Below, piece after piece: positions 1 through 8,746 of a stretch of DNA of 64,000 bases. The stretch comes from Clostridia bacterium (GTDB lineage Bacteria > Bacillota > Clostridia > UBA1212 > DUPL01): NCBI GenBank assembly GCA_050951325.1, contig JBMNIW010000006.1, forward strand, positions 1 through 64,000. Direction: 5' to 3'. The number at the start of each line of letters is the position of its first letter. The first letter of the stretch is position 1. The position numbers were made by a program, and so were the translations under genes. The notes below the pieces were generated by a model. That model was not told where the DNA came from. It made no database searches and saw only the letters and a program-made list of their open reading frames with translations.

Positions 1-10
1 CAATGAAGTC

Positions 11-1042
11 TTGCTTGACATGAAAAAGGGTTACACTATACCTAATGAGGAAAAACCCCTTCAACCAAAGGCCATATTCCGTCTGGCTTCCATGACAAAA
101 CCCATAACTGCGATTGCAGCATTGATTCAAGTCGAAAAAGGAAAACTGTCCCTTGATGACAAGGTATCTAAATATCTTCCTGATTATAAAGATATGTATG
201 TAGGCAGAATCAACGAAGACAGAAAAGTTGTTAAAGACAGACCTGCCGAAAGAGAAATTGAAATAGAAAATCTTTTGACACATACAAGCGGTATTCTATC
301 AGATGAAGTTGGAGTACTCCAGGAAAGTGTAATACCGCAAAAAGCCATGACGGATTTGGAAACCATAGTGGATTATTACGCCAATCATATATATTTGTCC
401 TTCTCCCCTATGGAAAGGGCTTTCTACAGCGGTGTCGGGGCTTTCAATGTGCTTTCAAGAATTATTGAACTTACATCCGACATGCCATACAGCGACTTCC
501 TGAAAAAATATATTTTTGAGCCATTGGAAATGGCTGACACAACCTTTGAACCCACACAAGAACAGTGGTCAAGGCTGGTTCCACTACACACAAGAGACCA
601 TGAAGGGAACATAATTCCAAACGACAACAAGCACACCTTTGCAAACTTGCCTGTTACTCTTTATTCAGGTGGCGCAAGTCTTGCAGGCACAATAGAAGAT
701 TACAAAAACTTTGCAGAGTGTCTTCTCAATGAAGGTACATTCAAAGGAAGAAAGATTGTATCTGAATCCCTCATAAAAGAAATGAAAACCGAAAGACTCC
801 CCCACTTGTTCCCTGGAACGGGTCCACAGGAAACCTGGGGACTTGGAGTTCGTGTTATTAAAGACGGCAACGTCCTGCCAAAAGGATCTTTTGGATGGAG
901 TGGCGCTTATGGAACACATTTCTTCATTGATACAACAAACAACATAACTGCCATCTATATGAAAAACTCCACCTATGATGGAGGATCAGGAGCTCAGACA
1001 GCAAGAAACTTTGAAATCGATATTTACTCCTGTCTTGAATAG
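11..1042 (+). CDS. Serine hydrolase, beta-lactamase class C / esterase family (probably 5'-truncated by the window edge)
   Basis: SxxK motif (ASMTK), LLTHTSG, Y-S (FYSG) and GWSGAYGT motifs. Confidence 0.85.
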   Translation: MLDMKKGYTIPNEEKPLQPKAIFRLASMTKPITAIAALIQVEKGKLSLDDKVSKYLPDYKDMYVGRINEDRKVVKDRPAEREIEIENLLTHTSGILSDEVGVLQESVIPQKAMTDLETIVDYYANHIYLSFSPMERAFYSGVGAFNVLSRIIELTSDMPYSDFLKKYIFEPLEMADTTFEPTQEQWSRLVPLHTRDHEGNIIPNDNKHTFANLPVTLYSGGASLAGTIEDYKNFAECLLNEGTFKGRKIVSESLIKEMKTERLPHLFPGTGPQETWGLGVRVIKDGNVLPKGSFGWSGAYGTHFFIDTTNNITAIYMKNSTYDGGSGAQTARNFEIDIYSCLE

Positions 1043-1046
1043 CATG

Positions 1047-1075
1047 AAAGGCTGCCAAATCAAACGGCAGCCTTT
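1047..1075. terminator. Bidirectional intrinsic terminator
   Basis: AAAGGCTGCC / GGCAGCCTTT inverted repeat between convergent genes. Confidence 0.75.
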
Positions 1076-1607
1076 AGTATCTGCATCTTATGTACTTTTT
1101 ACCTAAAGTATCTGATAAGACTCTTCTAATATCATCCACCGTTCCATCTTCAATAGTGGATTTGTCAACAATAAAAGAGCCTGCTCTTGATTGGAAAAGA
1201 AAGAAGTATTTGCTTGTCTCCATTACTTTAAACAGCGTTGTATACTTTAATGTCGAACAGCCGCTTATATCCTTGCCAGATGATTTAACCTCAAACTCAT
1301 CATTTCTGAAAATGTAGAGGTTTTTAATGCCTACATGCGATCCCTGAGCCTTGAAATGAATTTTTGGGACCATGAAATAGAAAAACAAGTTAAAACATAT
1401 TATTAAAACAAATACAATCAACATTATTTGCATATATATGTCGTTTTCTATAAATACAAGAAACAACGTAATCGCAGTAATAAATAGGAGTGAAGAAACA
1501 ACCGAAACAATCAGATACGTTTTAGGGTTTTTCTTCCTGTACGCACTAAGATGAACCAAAGCTCTTAATGCATCATAATCGTATGTAGTCGCTGCTTTAA
1601 CCTCCAT
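1074..1607 (-). CDS. YcxB-family membrane protein
   Basis: Two N-terminal TM helices and C-terminal KVMETSKYFFLFQ..SFIVDK pattern. Start placed at MEVKA after an AGGGAA-like RBS. Confidence 0.65.
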   Translation of the reverse strand: MEVKAATTYDYDALRALVHLSAYRKKNPKTYLIVSVVSSLLFITAITLFLVFIENDIYMQIMLIVFVLIICFNLFFYFMVPKIHFKAQGSHVGIKNLYIFRNDEFEVKSSGKDISGCSTLKYTTLFKVMETSKYFFLFQSRAGSFIVDKSTIEDGTVDDIRRVLSDTLGKKYIRCRY

Positions 1608-1650
1608 AGCACCATTCCCTTTCAATCATGTTTTTAGAATTATATGCGCT

Positions 1651-1686
1651 AAAGCACTTCCTTCATCATTTTGAAAGAAGTGCTTT
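1651..1686 (-). terminator. Terminator downstream of guaA
   Basis: AAAGCACTTC / GAAGTGCTTT inverted repeat. Confidence 0.6.
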
Positions 1687-1699
1687 CAAATCTAAAGAC

Positions 1700-3235
1700 T
1701 TATTCCCATTCAATTGTTGCAGGGGGCTTTCCGGTAATATCATAGACCACCCTGTTGACATGTTCCACTTCATTTATAATTCGTTCTGACACTTTCTCAA
1801 GTATTTCATAGGGAATTCTTGCCCATTTGGCAGTCATGAAATCCGTTGTAATTACTGCTCTTAATGCGATGGTATAGTCATAAGTCCTCGAATTGTTCCT
1901 GACACCAACGCTTCTCATGTTTGTAAGGACTGTGAAGTATTGGTTCAATTCAGTATCAAGTCCTGCTTTTGCAATCTCGTCCCTGAAGATATGGTCGGCT
2001 TCTCTCACAATCTCCAGCTTCTCTTCAGTTACCTCCCCTATCACTCTGATGGCAAGACCAGGACCGGGAAAAGGCTGTCTCATTACAATATCTTTGGGAA
2101 GTCCAAGCTCCAAGCCGCATTGTCTTACCTCGTCCTTGAAAAGGCTTCTCAATGGCTCCACAAGTTCTCCAAACTGAATATCTTCTGGCAGTCCCCCGAC
2201 ATTGTGATGGCTTTTAACAACCTTTATATTGCCTACACCACTTTCAATAACGTCGGGATAGATGGTTCCCTGTACAAAAAAGTCCATTGCGCCTACCTTT
2301 CTGGCCTCTTCCTGAAATACTTCTATAAATTCCTTGCCAATGATCTTTCTTTTTGCTTCCGGATCAGTTACACCTGCCAATTTTTCAAGGAATCTCTGTC
2401 TTGCATCCACACATACCAGATTTATATCAAACTGCTTGGTAAAAACCTCTTTAATTTGCTCCCCTTCATTCTTTCTCATAAATCCATGGTCAACAAATAT
2501 GCATGTGAGGTTTCTGCCTATGGCTTTTCCAACCAATGCTGCACATACTGCAGAGTCAACGCCGCCTGACAATCCCAAAAGAACCTTGCTGTCCTGGAAC
2601 TTTTCCTTTAAATCTTCTATGGTTTCCTCCACATATGTTTTCATATTCCAAGTACCAGATACTTTACATACATCGTAAAGAAATGCCCTTAAGATTTCAT
2701 TGCCGCTAACGGTTTCAGATACTTCGGGATGAAACAAAAGACCATAAATATTTTTCTCCTCGTTCTCAAAGGCACAAGTTTTTCCTTCCTTTGTTTTGCC
2801 AGTAATGTTATAACCTTTAGGTACTTTCTCTATATCAACTGTCTGGTTTAACCAACTGTAGTTTTCCGTTTCAATGGATTTAAAAAGAATGGATTTCTTT
2901 TCAAGACTTGTTAAGACTTTTGCGCATTCCTCAGTCTGATTTAAAGCACTTATTGACCCTCCGAGCATTTTTGTCAAAACCAATGCTCCATAGTTTATAC
3001 CCAATACAGGACAACTCAGCTTGAATATTTCCTCTGTGCACAATGACATTTCATTTAAATTCGAACCAACTATATTTCCTGTCAACACTATGCCTTTTGG
3101 ATTCAATGACCTAATCCTGCTTATGGCGGCATTGTATGGTAAAATCTCACAGTATACGTTATTCTTACGAATCTTTCTTGCCAAGAGCTGACTGTGTGAA
3201 CCACCAAAATCCAGAATCAAAATAGTTTCTTTCAA
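1700..3235 (-). CDS. guaA: GMP synthase homolog with a degenerate glutamine amidotransferase domain
   Basis: Intact ATPPase/C-terminal motifs (LSGGVDS, QGTIYPDVIES, KSHHNVGGLP, RQPFPGPGLAIR, KPPATIEWE). GATase reads LGINYG rather than LGICYG. TTG start after GGGGAG. Confidence 0.9.
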   Translation of the reverse strand: MKETILILDFGGSHSQLLARKIRKNNVYCEILPYNAAISRIRSLNPKGIVLTGNIVGSNLNEMSLCTEEIFKLSCPVLGINYGALVLTKMLGGSISALNQTEECAKVLTSLEKKSILFKSIETENYSWLNQTVDIEKVPKGYNITGKTKEGKTCAFENEEKNIYGLLFHPEVSETVSGNEILRAFLYDVCKVSGTWNMKTYVEETIEDLKEKFQDSKVLLGLSGGVDSAVCAALVGKAIGRNLTCIFVDHGFMRKNEGEQIKEVFTKQFDINLVCVDARQRFLEKLAGVTDPEAKRKIIGKEFIEVFQEEARKVGAMDFFVQGTIYPDVIESGVGNIKVVKSHHNVGGLPEDIQFGELVEPLRSLFKDEVRQCGLELGLPKDIVMRQPFPGPGLAIRVIGEVTEEKLEIVREADHIFRDEIAKAGLDTELNQYFTVLTNMRSVGVRNNSRTYDYTIALRAVITTDFMTAKWARIPYEILEKVSERIINEVEHVNRVVYDITGKPPATIEWE

Positions 3236-3339
3236 GAATATACACTCCCCCAAAGATATTGCTGCAATATTTTCACTGCAACGGAATAATTATATTCTAA
3301 AAACTATTATTAGTAAAGTTGATATTTCTTATGCCATTC

Positions 3340-3390
3340 ATATACTCAGCTTATGTTTTTATTGACATACAAACTTAATATTGATATTAT
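3340..3390 (+). promoter_or_regulatory. Sigma-A promoter of the LysR gene with an upstream putative LTTR T-N11-A site
   Basis: TTGACA(3362)-17 bp-TATTAT(3385); ATATACTCAGCTTAT at 3340-3354. Confidence 0.5.
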
Positions 3391-3416
3391 CAGGATAAAT
3401 AAAGGAAGGAGAAAAT

Positions 3417-4322
3417 ATGACAGAGAAGCAAAACATTTCACTTGACAGTTACAGAGTATTTTGCGCAGTGGCAAAACACAAAAGCCTTACCAAGGCAGCT
3501 GAGGAGCTGTATATAACTCAGCCATCTGTTAGCATGGCCATTTCCAAACTTGAAAAACAGCTAGGCTCAAAGCTTCTTACGAGATCTGCCAAAAGGGTCT
3601 CCCTTACAAGAGAAGGAGAAGTAATGTACTCCTATCTCAAACAGGCCATGAACCTGATTGACACCGCTGAAGAAAAGTTTTGGGAGATGCAGCTTCTAAA
3701 GTCAGGTGAAGTTGTAATAGGGGCCAGTGATACTTTGTCAGCCAACTATCTCCTTCCCTACCTCCAGAAATATTTTGAACTCTACCCTGAAATACAGCTC
3801 AAAGTAACCAATAGGACAACAAGTGAAACTATAGAGCTTTTGAAAAATGGCACCGTTGACTTTGGTTTCGTTAATCTTCCTATCAAAAAGGATAATTCAC
3901 TGGAAGTGTACGAGTGCATGCATATATCCGATGTACTGATAGGAGGAAGGATGTTCAAACATCTTGCCAAAATAGGAGTTAGACTTGAAGACCTGAACAA
4001 CTATCATCTTATTATGCTTGAAAAGGCCAGCAACACGCGAAACTATATTGACGACTATGCACAAAGCCACAATGTAACTTTAAATCCTGTAATTGAACTA
4101 GGCTCAAGCGAGATTCTTGTTAAATTTGCAGGCATTAATCTAGGCCTTACTTTTGTTGTTAAGGAGTTCTATGGAAACCATATAGACAACGAAAACCTTT
4201 TTGAGATAAAATTAACTCCTCCCATACCAAAAAGGTCCATAGGACTAGTAAAATTGAGAGGAATTCCTTTTTCACAAGCTGCAACAAAGTTTATTGAACT
4301 TATGAGTATAGATGTGGAATGA
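3417..4322 (+). CDS. LysR-family transcriptional regulator
   Basis: N-terminal HTH (SLTKAAEELYITQPSVSMAISKLE), substrate-binding domain, ~300 aa. Confidence 0.95.
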   Translation: MTEKQNISLDSYRVFCAVAKHKSLTKAAEELYITQPSVSMAISKLEKQLGSKLLTRSAKRVSLTREGEVMYSYLKQAMNLIDTAEEKFWEMQLLKSGEVVIGASDTLSANYLLPYLQKYFELYPEIQLKVTNRTTSETIELLKNGTVDFGFVNLPIKKDNSLEVYECMHISDVLIGGRMFKHLAKIGVRLEDLNNYHLIMLEKASNTRNYIDDYAQSHNVTLNPVIELGSSEILVKFAGINLGLTFVVKEFYGNHIDNENLFEIKLTPPIPKRSIGLVKLRGIPFSQAATKFIELMSIDVE

Positions 4323-4336
4323 TTTTCGAAGGATAG

Positions 4337-5887
4337 GTGATTTTTATGACGGAATTTTCATTTCTTAGAAATATGAGAATATTTATAATTGTAGGTGTTT
4401 TAATGCTTTCATTAGGAGCTTGTCAATCATCGCAGGATATTGAATTTGAAGTGGAAACTGATGATGTTTCTACTTTTCGTGGTTCTGACGGGAAAATAGT
4501 TGTCAAAACGAAGGGAATATCCAATAGTTTTGAATACAGTATTGACAACGGAGAAACCTGGTCGAACTCTAATACTTTTAAATCACTTTCCGCTGGATTG
4601 TATAGGATAAAGATTAGGAATAAAGGATTGCCAAGAAAAACATCACAAGTAAAATATGTAATGTTGTCTCAACCAGAAGCAAAAAGACCTGAGGTTTATG
4701 TAGGTGTTGCAGATCAGCGCCTGGAACAGCTGAATAATCCTGACAAATGGAAGTTTGTAAGGGAAAACGCAGACGGCTTCTACATAAACTTCATTATGCT
4801 CGATTCAATATATTCTCAAAAAGATCTGAACAAGTTTGCAGAACTGTTTACCAACAAAAATGCCTTTATTGAATCCGACATGAATTCCACAATGAAAAAG
4901 GAACAGGGATATATTGACAGGCTGCACAAGGCTGGTTTCAGAATCCCATACACAAGCCTTAACTACGGCTGGGAAAAGTCAAGACATGACAATTTAAAAA
5001 CATATAACCTGCTGGCAGGTCAGGAACCAAGACTGTGTCTTGTTCAGCAGGGACCCTGGTGTATCGGTGGCGACATAACAAAAGATGAGGGCATACTACC
5101 CGAACCATATACGAATGCCAACTACAGGTCTTGGATAGAACAGGCAGATGGGGCATCCACGGACGGTCCTATGGGCTTTTGGTACTCTGACGAGAACAGT
5201 ATGAAAAGCGGCAGTTATTCAATGGTCAAGTTTGCCCGTTCTTTAGGCAAGAAGTCACTTGTAATGATATGCCCTTACCATGCTGATGTAAAAGGATACA
5301 ATCCCAACATGTATCTCGAGGTAGGAATGCAATGTGTAAGAGAACATGAAGACAACGATGCGGAACCCGATATCTGGTCTGTGTTTGAGTATGCGACCAG
5401 TATTGCGGCGGTGCCTGAAGAAAAGGACGGAAAACCTTTTAACTCCACTACCGGCATGGCCTACTACCTGATTAACCACATACTGGGCGTGCCTGATACT
5501 TTAAGCTTTACCGTGGGTAATACCGACAAGGATATTCAGCTTGATGCAAGCGTAAATCCCGGCACAATGCTTTCATATGAAATTGAGGTAAAAAACACCA
5601 GCGACTGGTGCGATTACGCAGCCGGCTTGAAAGCAAACATTGAGGATCTTACAGAAGCCTGGGATGTAAGGTTTATGCAAGGTGACAAAGATGTAACAAA
5701 TCTTGTGTTAAGCGGTTCATTCCAGTTCTACAAGGAACACAGACTGAATCCTCAAAGCACCCAGAAGCTCACACTCGTCTTTACAAGAACAAATACATCA
5801 AAGAGTACCAATTTTACAATGGAACTCTTCCTTTCTACACATCTGGGAGTGGAAGGAGTTCAGTCTATAAAGATAATTGCCAAATGA
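4337..5887 (+). CDS. Lipoprotein with a SprB-like beta-repeat plus an uncharacterised globular domain
   Basis: Lipobox LGAC; DVSTFRGSDGKIVV..FEYSIDNGETWSNSNTFKSLSAGLY resembles a SprB repeat. Start uncertain (4337/4346/4373). Confidence 0.6.
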   Translation: MIFMTEFSFLRNMRIFIIVGVLMLSLGACQSSQDIEFEVETDDVSTFRGSDGKIVVKTKGISNSFEYSIDNGETWSNSNTFKSLSAGLYRIKIRNKGLPRKTSQVKYVMLSQPEAKRPEVYVGVADQRLEQLNNPDKWKFVRENADGFYINFIMLDSIYSQKDLNKFAELFTNKNAFIESDMNSTMKKEQGYIDRLHKAGFRIPYTSLNYGWEKSRHDNLKTYNLLAGQEPRLCLVQQGPWCIGGDITKDEGILPEPYTNANYRSWIEQADGASTDGPMGFWYSDENSMKSGSYSMVKFARSLGKKSLVMICPYHADVKGYNPNMYLEVGMQCVREHEDNDAEPDIWSVFEYATSIAAVPEEKDGKPFNSTTGMAYYLINHILGVPDTLSFTVGNTDKDIQLDASVNPGTMLSYEIEVKNTSDWCDYAAGLKANIEDLTEAWDVRFMQGDKDVTNLVLSGSFQFYKEHRLNPQSTQKLTLVFTRTNTSKSTNFTMELFLSTHLGVEGVQSIKIIAK

Positions 5888-6086
5888 GAAGGCGGGTTGT
5901 AATATTTTGCTACCAAAAAGTGATTAATTCGTTCCGGAATTTACACCGCTATATAAGACTATAACCACTACAAACATGAATTCTGTATGCTTAATATACC
6001 ATATTGTACAAGTACAATTTGCATACAGAATTCATCTTTTAGTGCAAATATTTCTTACCTTTCACTAATAAATGTGTAGCGCACAT

Positions 6087-6380
6087 CTTGACCCGAATAA
6101 TAATTGGGTCAAAGGGCTCAAATGATTCCATGGGATAAACTAGAAGAAAATACAGTCAGCAATTCAAGTCGAAAAGAGGCAACGAAGCTTTATCGGCAAG
6201 AATCGCTCTTGGTGCGTTATACATAAAAGCAAAAGAAGGTAAAATTGGGACGACATATACATTGGATTGTGTGAAGACAAGGCTTCAGCAATACGAGTGA
6301 GGTCTATATTTACATGACATTCATTGCTATGAACCTGGAAAAAAACTACGGTCTTATTTATTGCTTATTTTAAAACTGAT
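6087..6380 (+). pseudogene. IS5-family transposase remnant (internally deleted, frameshifted)
   Basis: Fragments LDPNNNWVK..MIPWDKLEE..EALSARIALGALYIK joined to C-terminal YTLDCVKTRL..TSEVYIYMTFIAMNLEKKLR. Confidence 0.65.
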
Positions 6381-6503
6381 GAAATTAAGGAAAAATATGC
6401 TCCCTGCATACACTATATAATTTAAATGATGGATTATTGAGCTCCTCTATTGTATAATTTAAATGATGTTTACTTAAGTAGACTATCAACTGGAGGTTAA
6501 ATT

Positions 6504-6974
6504 ATGAATATTGAAATTGTCAAGGCAAGTTACAATGATTTACAATTGCTTCACAAGATTCAAGTCGAGGCTTTCAGACCACTTTTAGAAAAATATAAGG
6601 ATTATAATACAAACCCTGGTAACGAAATTATAGACCAAATAATAAGAAGATATAATCAGAATTTTACTACATATTGGTTAATTAAAAACCATGGCAAAAT
6701 CGTAGGAGGAGTAAGAGTTGTCAATAAAGGTGATAGATGTTATAGAGTAAGTCCGATCTTTATACAGCCATTAGAACAAGGTAAAGGAATGGCCCAAAAA
6801 ACTTTTAAGATATTGGAGGATTATTATTACGATGCCGAAAAGTGGGAGTTAGACACCATACTACAAGAAAAAGCTCTTTGTTATTTATATGAAAAATTAG
6901 GTTATAAAAAGACTGGTAAAACGGAAGAGATAAAAGAAGGCATGACTATTGTATATTATGAAAAACATATGTAG
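6504..6974 (+). CDS. GNAT-family N-acetyltransferase
   Basis: IQPLEQGKGMAQ acetyl-CoA motif, LYEKLGYK, GGAGG RBS. Confidence 0.9.
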   Translation: MNIEIVKASYNDLQLLHKIQVEAFRPLLEKYKDYNTNPGNEIIDQIIRRYNQNFTTYWLIKNHGKIVGGVRVVNKGDRCYRVSPIFIQPLEQGKGMAQKTFKILEDYYYDAEKWELDTILQEKALCYLYEKLGYKKTGKTEEIKEGMTIVYYEKHM

Positions 6975-7017
6975 CTTATAAAAGTATTAACTACATGCAT
7001 CTCCTGACTTTCTAACA

Positions 7018-7412
7018 TTGTGGATATCCGAAGTTGAAAGTGCTTTATTCTGGCTTGGGGTATGTAATGTTATTAAGAACCGTGGTGTGCAAGAGATATT
7101 GATAGCCTGCAGGGACAATTTGAGCGGATTTTCGGATACAATAGAGACGGTTTTTCCAAGAACCGAACAGCAGTTGTGCGTAATCCATCAGATAAGGAAG
7201 CTAATCTATACAACGAATGCAGTTGAAGGGTTTCATCGGATCTGTGGAAATATACCAAAAAAGTCTGACTTTCATTCAGATGAGGCATTGCGTAAATCCT
7301 TGTATTTGGCAATAAATGAGATAACCAAGAAATGGAGTATGCACTGGGAATAATAATGAGGCGGTTAATGATTTACTTCGAAGACAGATTGGCAGCTGCA
7401 AAAGCGGTTTGA
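7018..7412 (+). pseudogene. IS256-family transposase remnant (internally deleted)
   Basis: FWLGVCNVIKNRGVQEILIACRDNLSGF..QLCVIHQIR fused directly to KLIYTTNAVEGFHR; frameshifted tail IYFEDRL. Confidence 0.85.
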
Positions 7413-7730
7413 GAAGCATATCGGGGATCTGCCCCGGAACGTAGCTTTTTGGCCATTTTTATTATCTTCCTTCTAGCCTTCGGAGAGCACGATTTACATC
7501 CATCAGAACCTGTCTAACATAACTGTAAGATACATTTATGTTCTTCCTTGTATTCAAAATTTTGCAAAAATGAATGAACTTATCCGCTGATTAATCCACA
7601 CGGGACATAAAATGCAGTACGATAAGACATTATCATATATCAACCACAATCAACCACAGAAACAAAACAGCAATGTTGTAACATTGCCACACTGATGATA
7701 TAATTGATAGAAAAAAGAAAGAGGAAATGT

Positions 7731-8717
7731 ATGTATAAATCTGTTTTGGACCTTAGAGAAACTCAGGTGGCAATAAAGGAATGTAAAGACTACTTTGAAA
7801 GAGAACTGGCAAAAGCACTTAACTTGATAAGAGTAACCGCTCCATTGTTTGTAGAATCTTCTTCAGGACTTAATGACGAACTCAACGGGGTTGAAAGACC
7901 AGTTGAATTTGATTTACTGGAATCAGGAGAATCCGTTCAGATAGTACAGTCCCTGGCCAAATGGAAAAGATTTGCTCTGGGAAGATATAAGTTTAAGGAA
8001 AACGAAGGCCTTTACACTGATATGAATGCAATCAGGAGGGATGAGTATGTTGATGAAATTCATTCCATCTATGTGGATCAGTGGGACTGGGAAGTGGTCA
8101 TAACCAAGGAAAGAAGAAATCTAAACACGTTAAAGGAAACAGTGGATAAGATATATAAGGTGATACTGAACACGCAAAAACACATAAAAAACAATTTTCC
8201 AGCTCTTGAAGAAAACAATCTGCCTGATAAAATATATTATATCACCACACAGGAACTGGAGGATAAATACCCAACCCTTACTCCCAAGGAAAGGGAGTAT
8301 GCAATAACCAAGGAAATGGGTGCGGTTTGCATAATGCAAATCGGAGGAAAGCTTGCTTCCGGCAAACCACATGACGGAAGAGCTCCGGACTATGACGACT
8401 GGTCCATGAATTGCGATATTCTTCTGTACTACAAGCTCCTTGACATAGCCATGGAAATTTCCAGCATGGGAATCAGAGTGGATGAGCATTCCCTTGTAGC
8501 ACAGGTCAAGGCTGCAAATTGCGAACACAGACTGGAATATCCTTTTCACAAGGCAGTCCTCAACAGGGAACTTCCCTATACCATAGGCGGAGGCATAGGC
8601 CAGTCAAGGCTTTGCATGTTCTTCCTACAGAAGATGCATATAGGGGAAGTTCAGGTATCCGTATGGCCTGAGGAACATGAGAGAAAATTCAGGGAGAAAG
8701 GATGCTTTTTGCTTTAG
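7731..8717 (+). CDS. asnA: Aspartate-ammonia ligase
   Basis: GLNDELNGVERPV, SLAKWKR, GLYTDMNAIRRDE, HDGRAPDYDDW, TIGGGIGQSR. Confidence 0.97.
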   Translation: MYKSVLDLRETQVAIKECKDYFERELAKALNLIRVTAPLFVESSSGLNDELNGVERPVEFDLLESGESVQIVQSLAKWKRFALGRYKFKENEGLYTDMNAIRRDEYVDEIHSIYVDQWDWEVVITKERRNLNTLKETVDKIYKVILNTQKHIKNNFPALEENNLPDKIYYITTQELEDKYPTLTPKEREYAITKEMGAVCIMQIGGKLASGKPHDGRAPDYDDWSMNCDILLYYKLLDIAMEISSMGIRVDEHSLVAQVKAANCEHRLEYPFHKAVLNRELPYTIGGGIGQSRLCMFFLQKMHIGEVQVSVWPEEHERKFREKGCFLL

Positions 8718-8746
8718 CTCCACAATAACTCAAGGAGGCTGCTGTC

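Noticed and set aside
11-1042. Antibiotic-resistance beta-lactamase
   Set aside because: Motifs (Y-S rather than YxN, WSG) fit family VIII esterase-like serine hydrolases; no mobile context.
5930-5938. CGTTCCGGA matching the tRNA-Arg 3' end (possible att site of an island)
   Set aside because: Only 9 bp, no integrase, and the intervening genes include housekeeping asnA.
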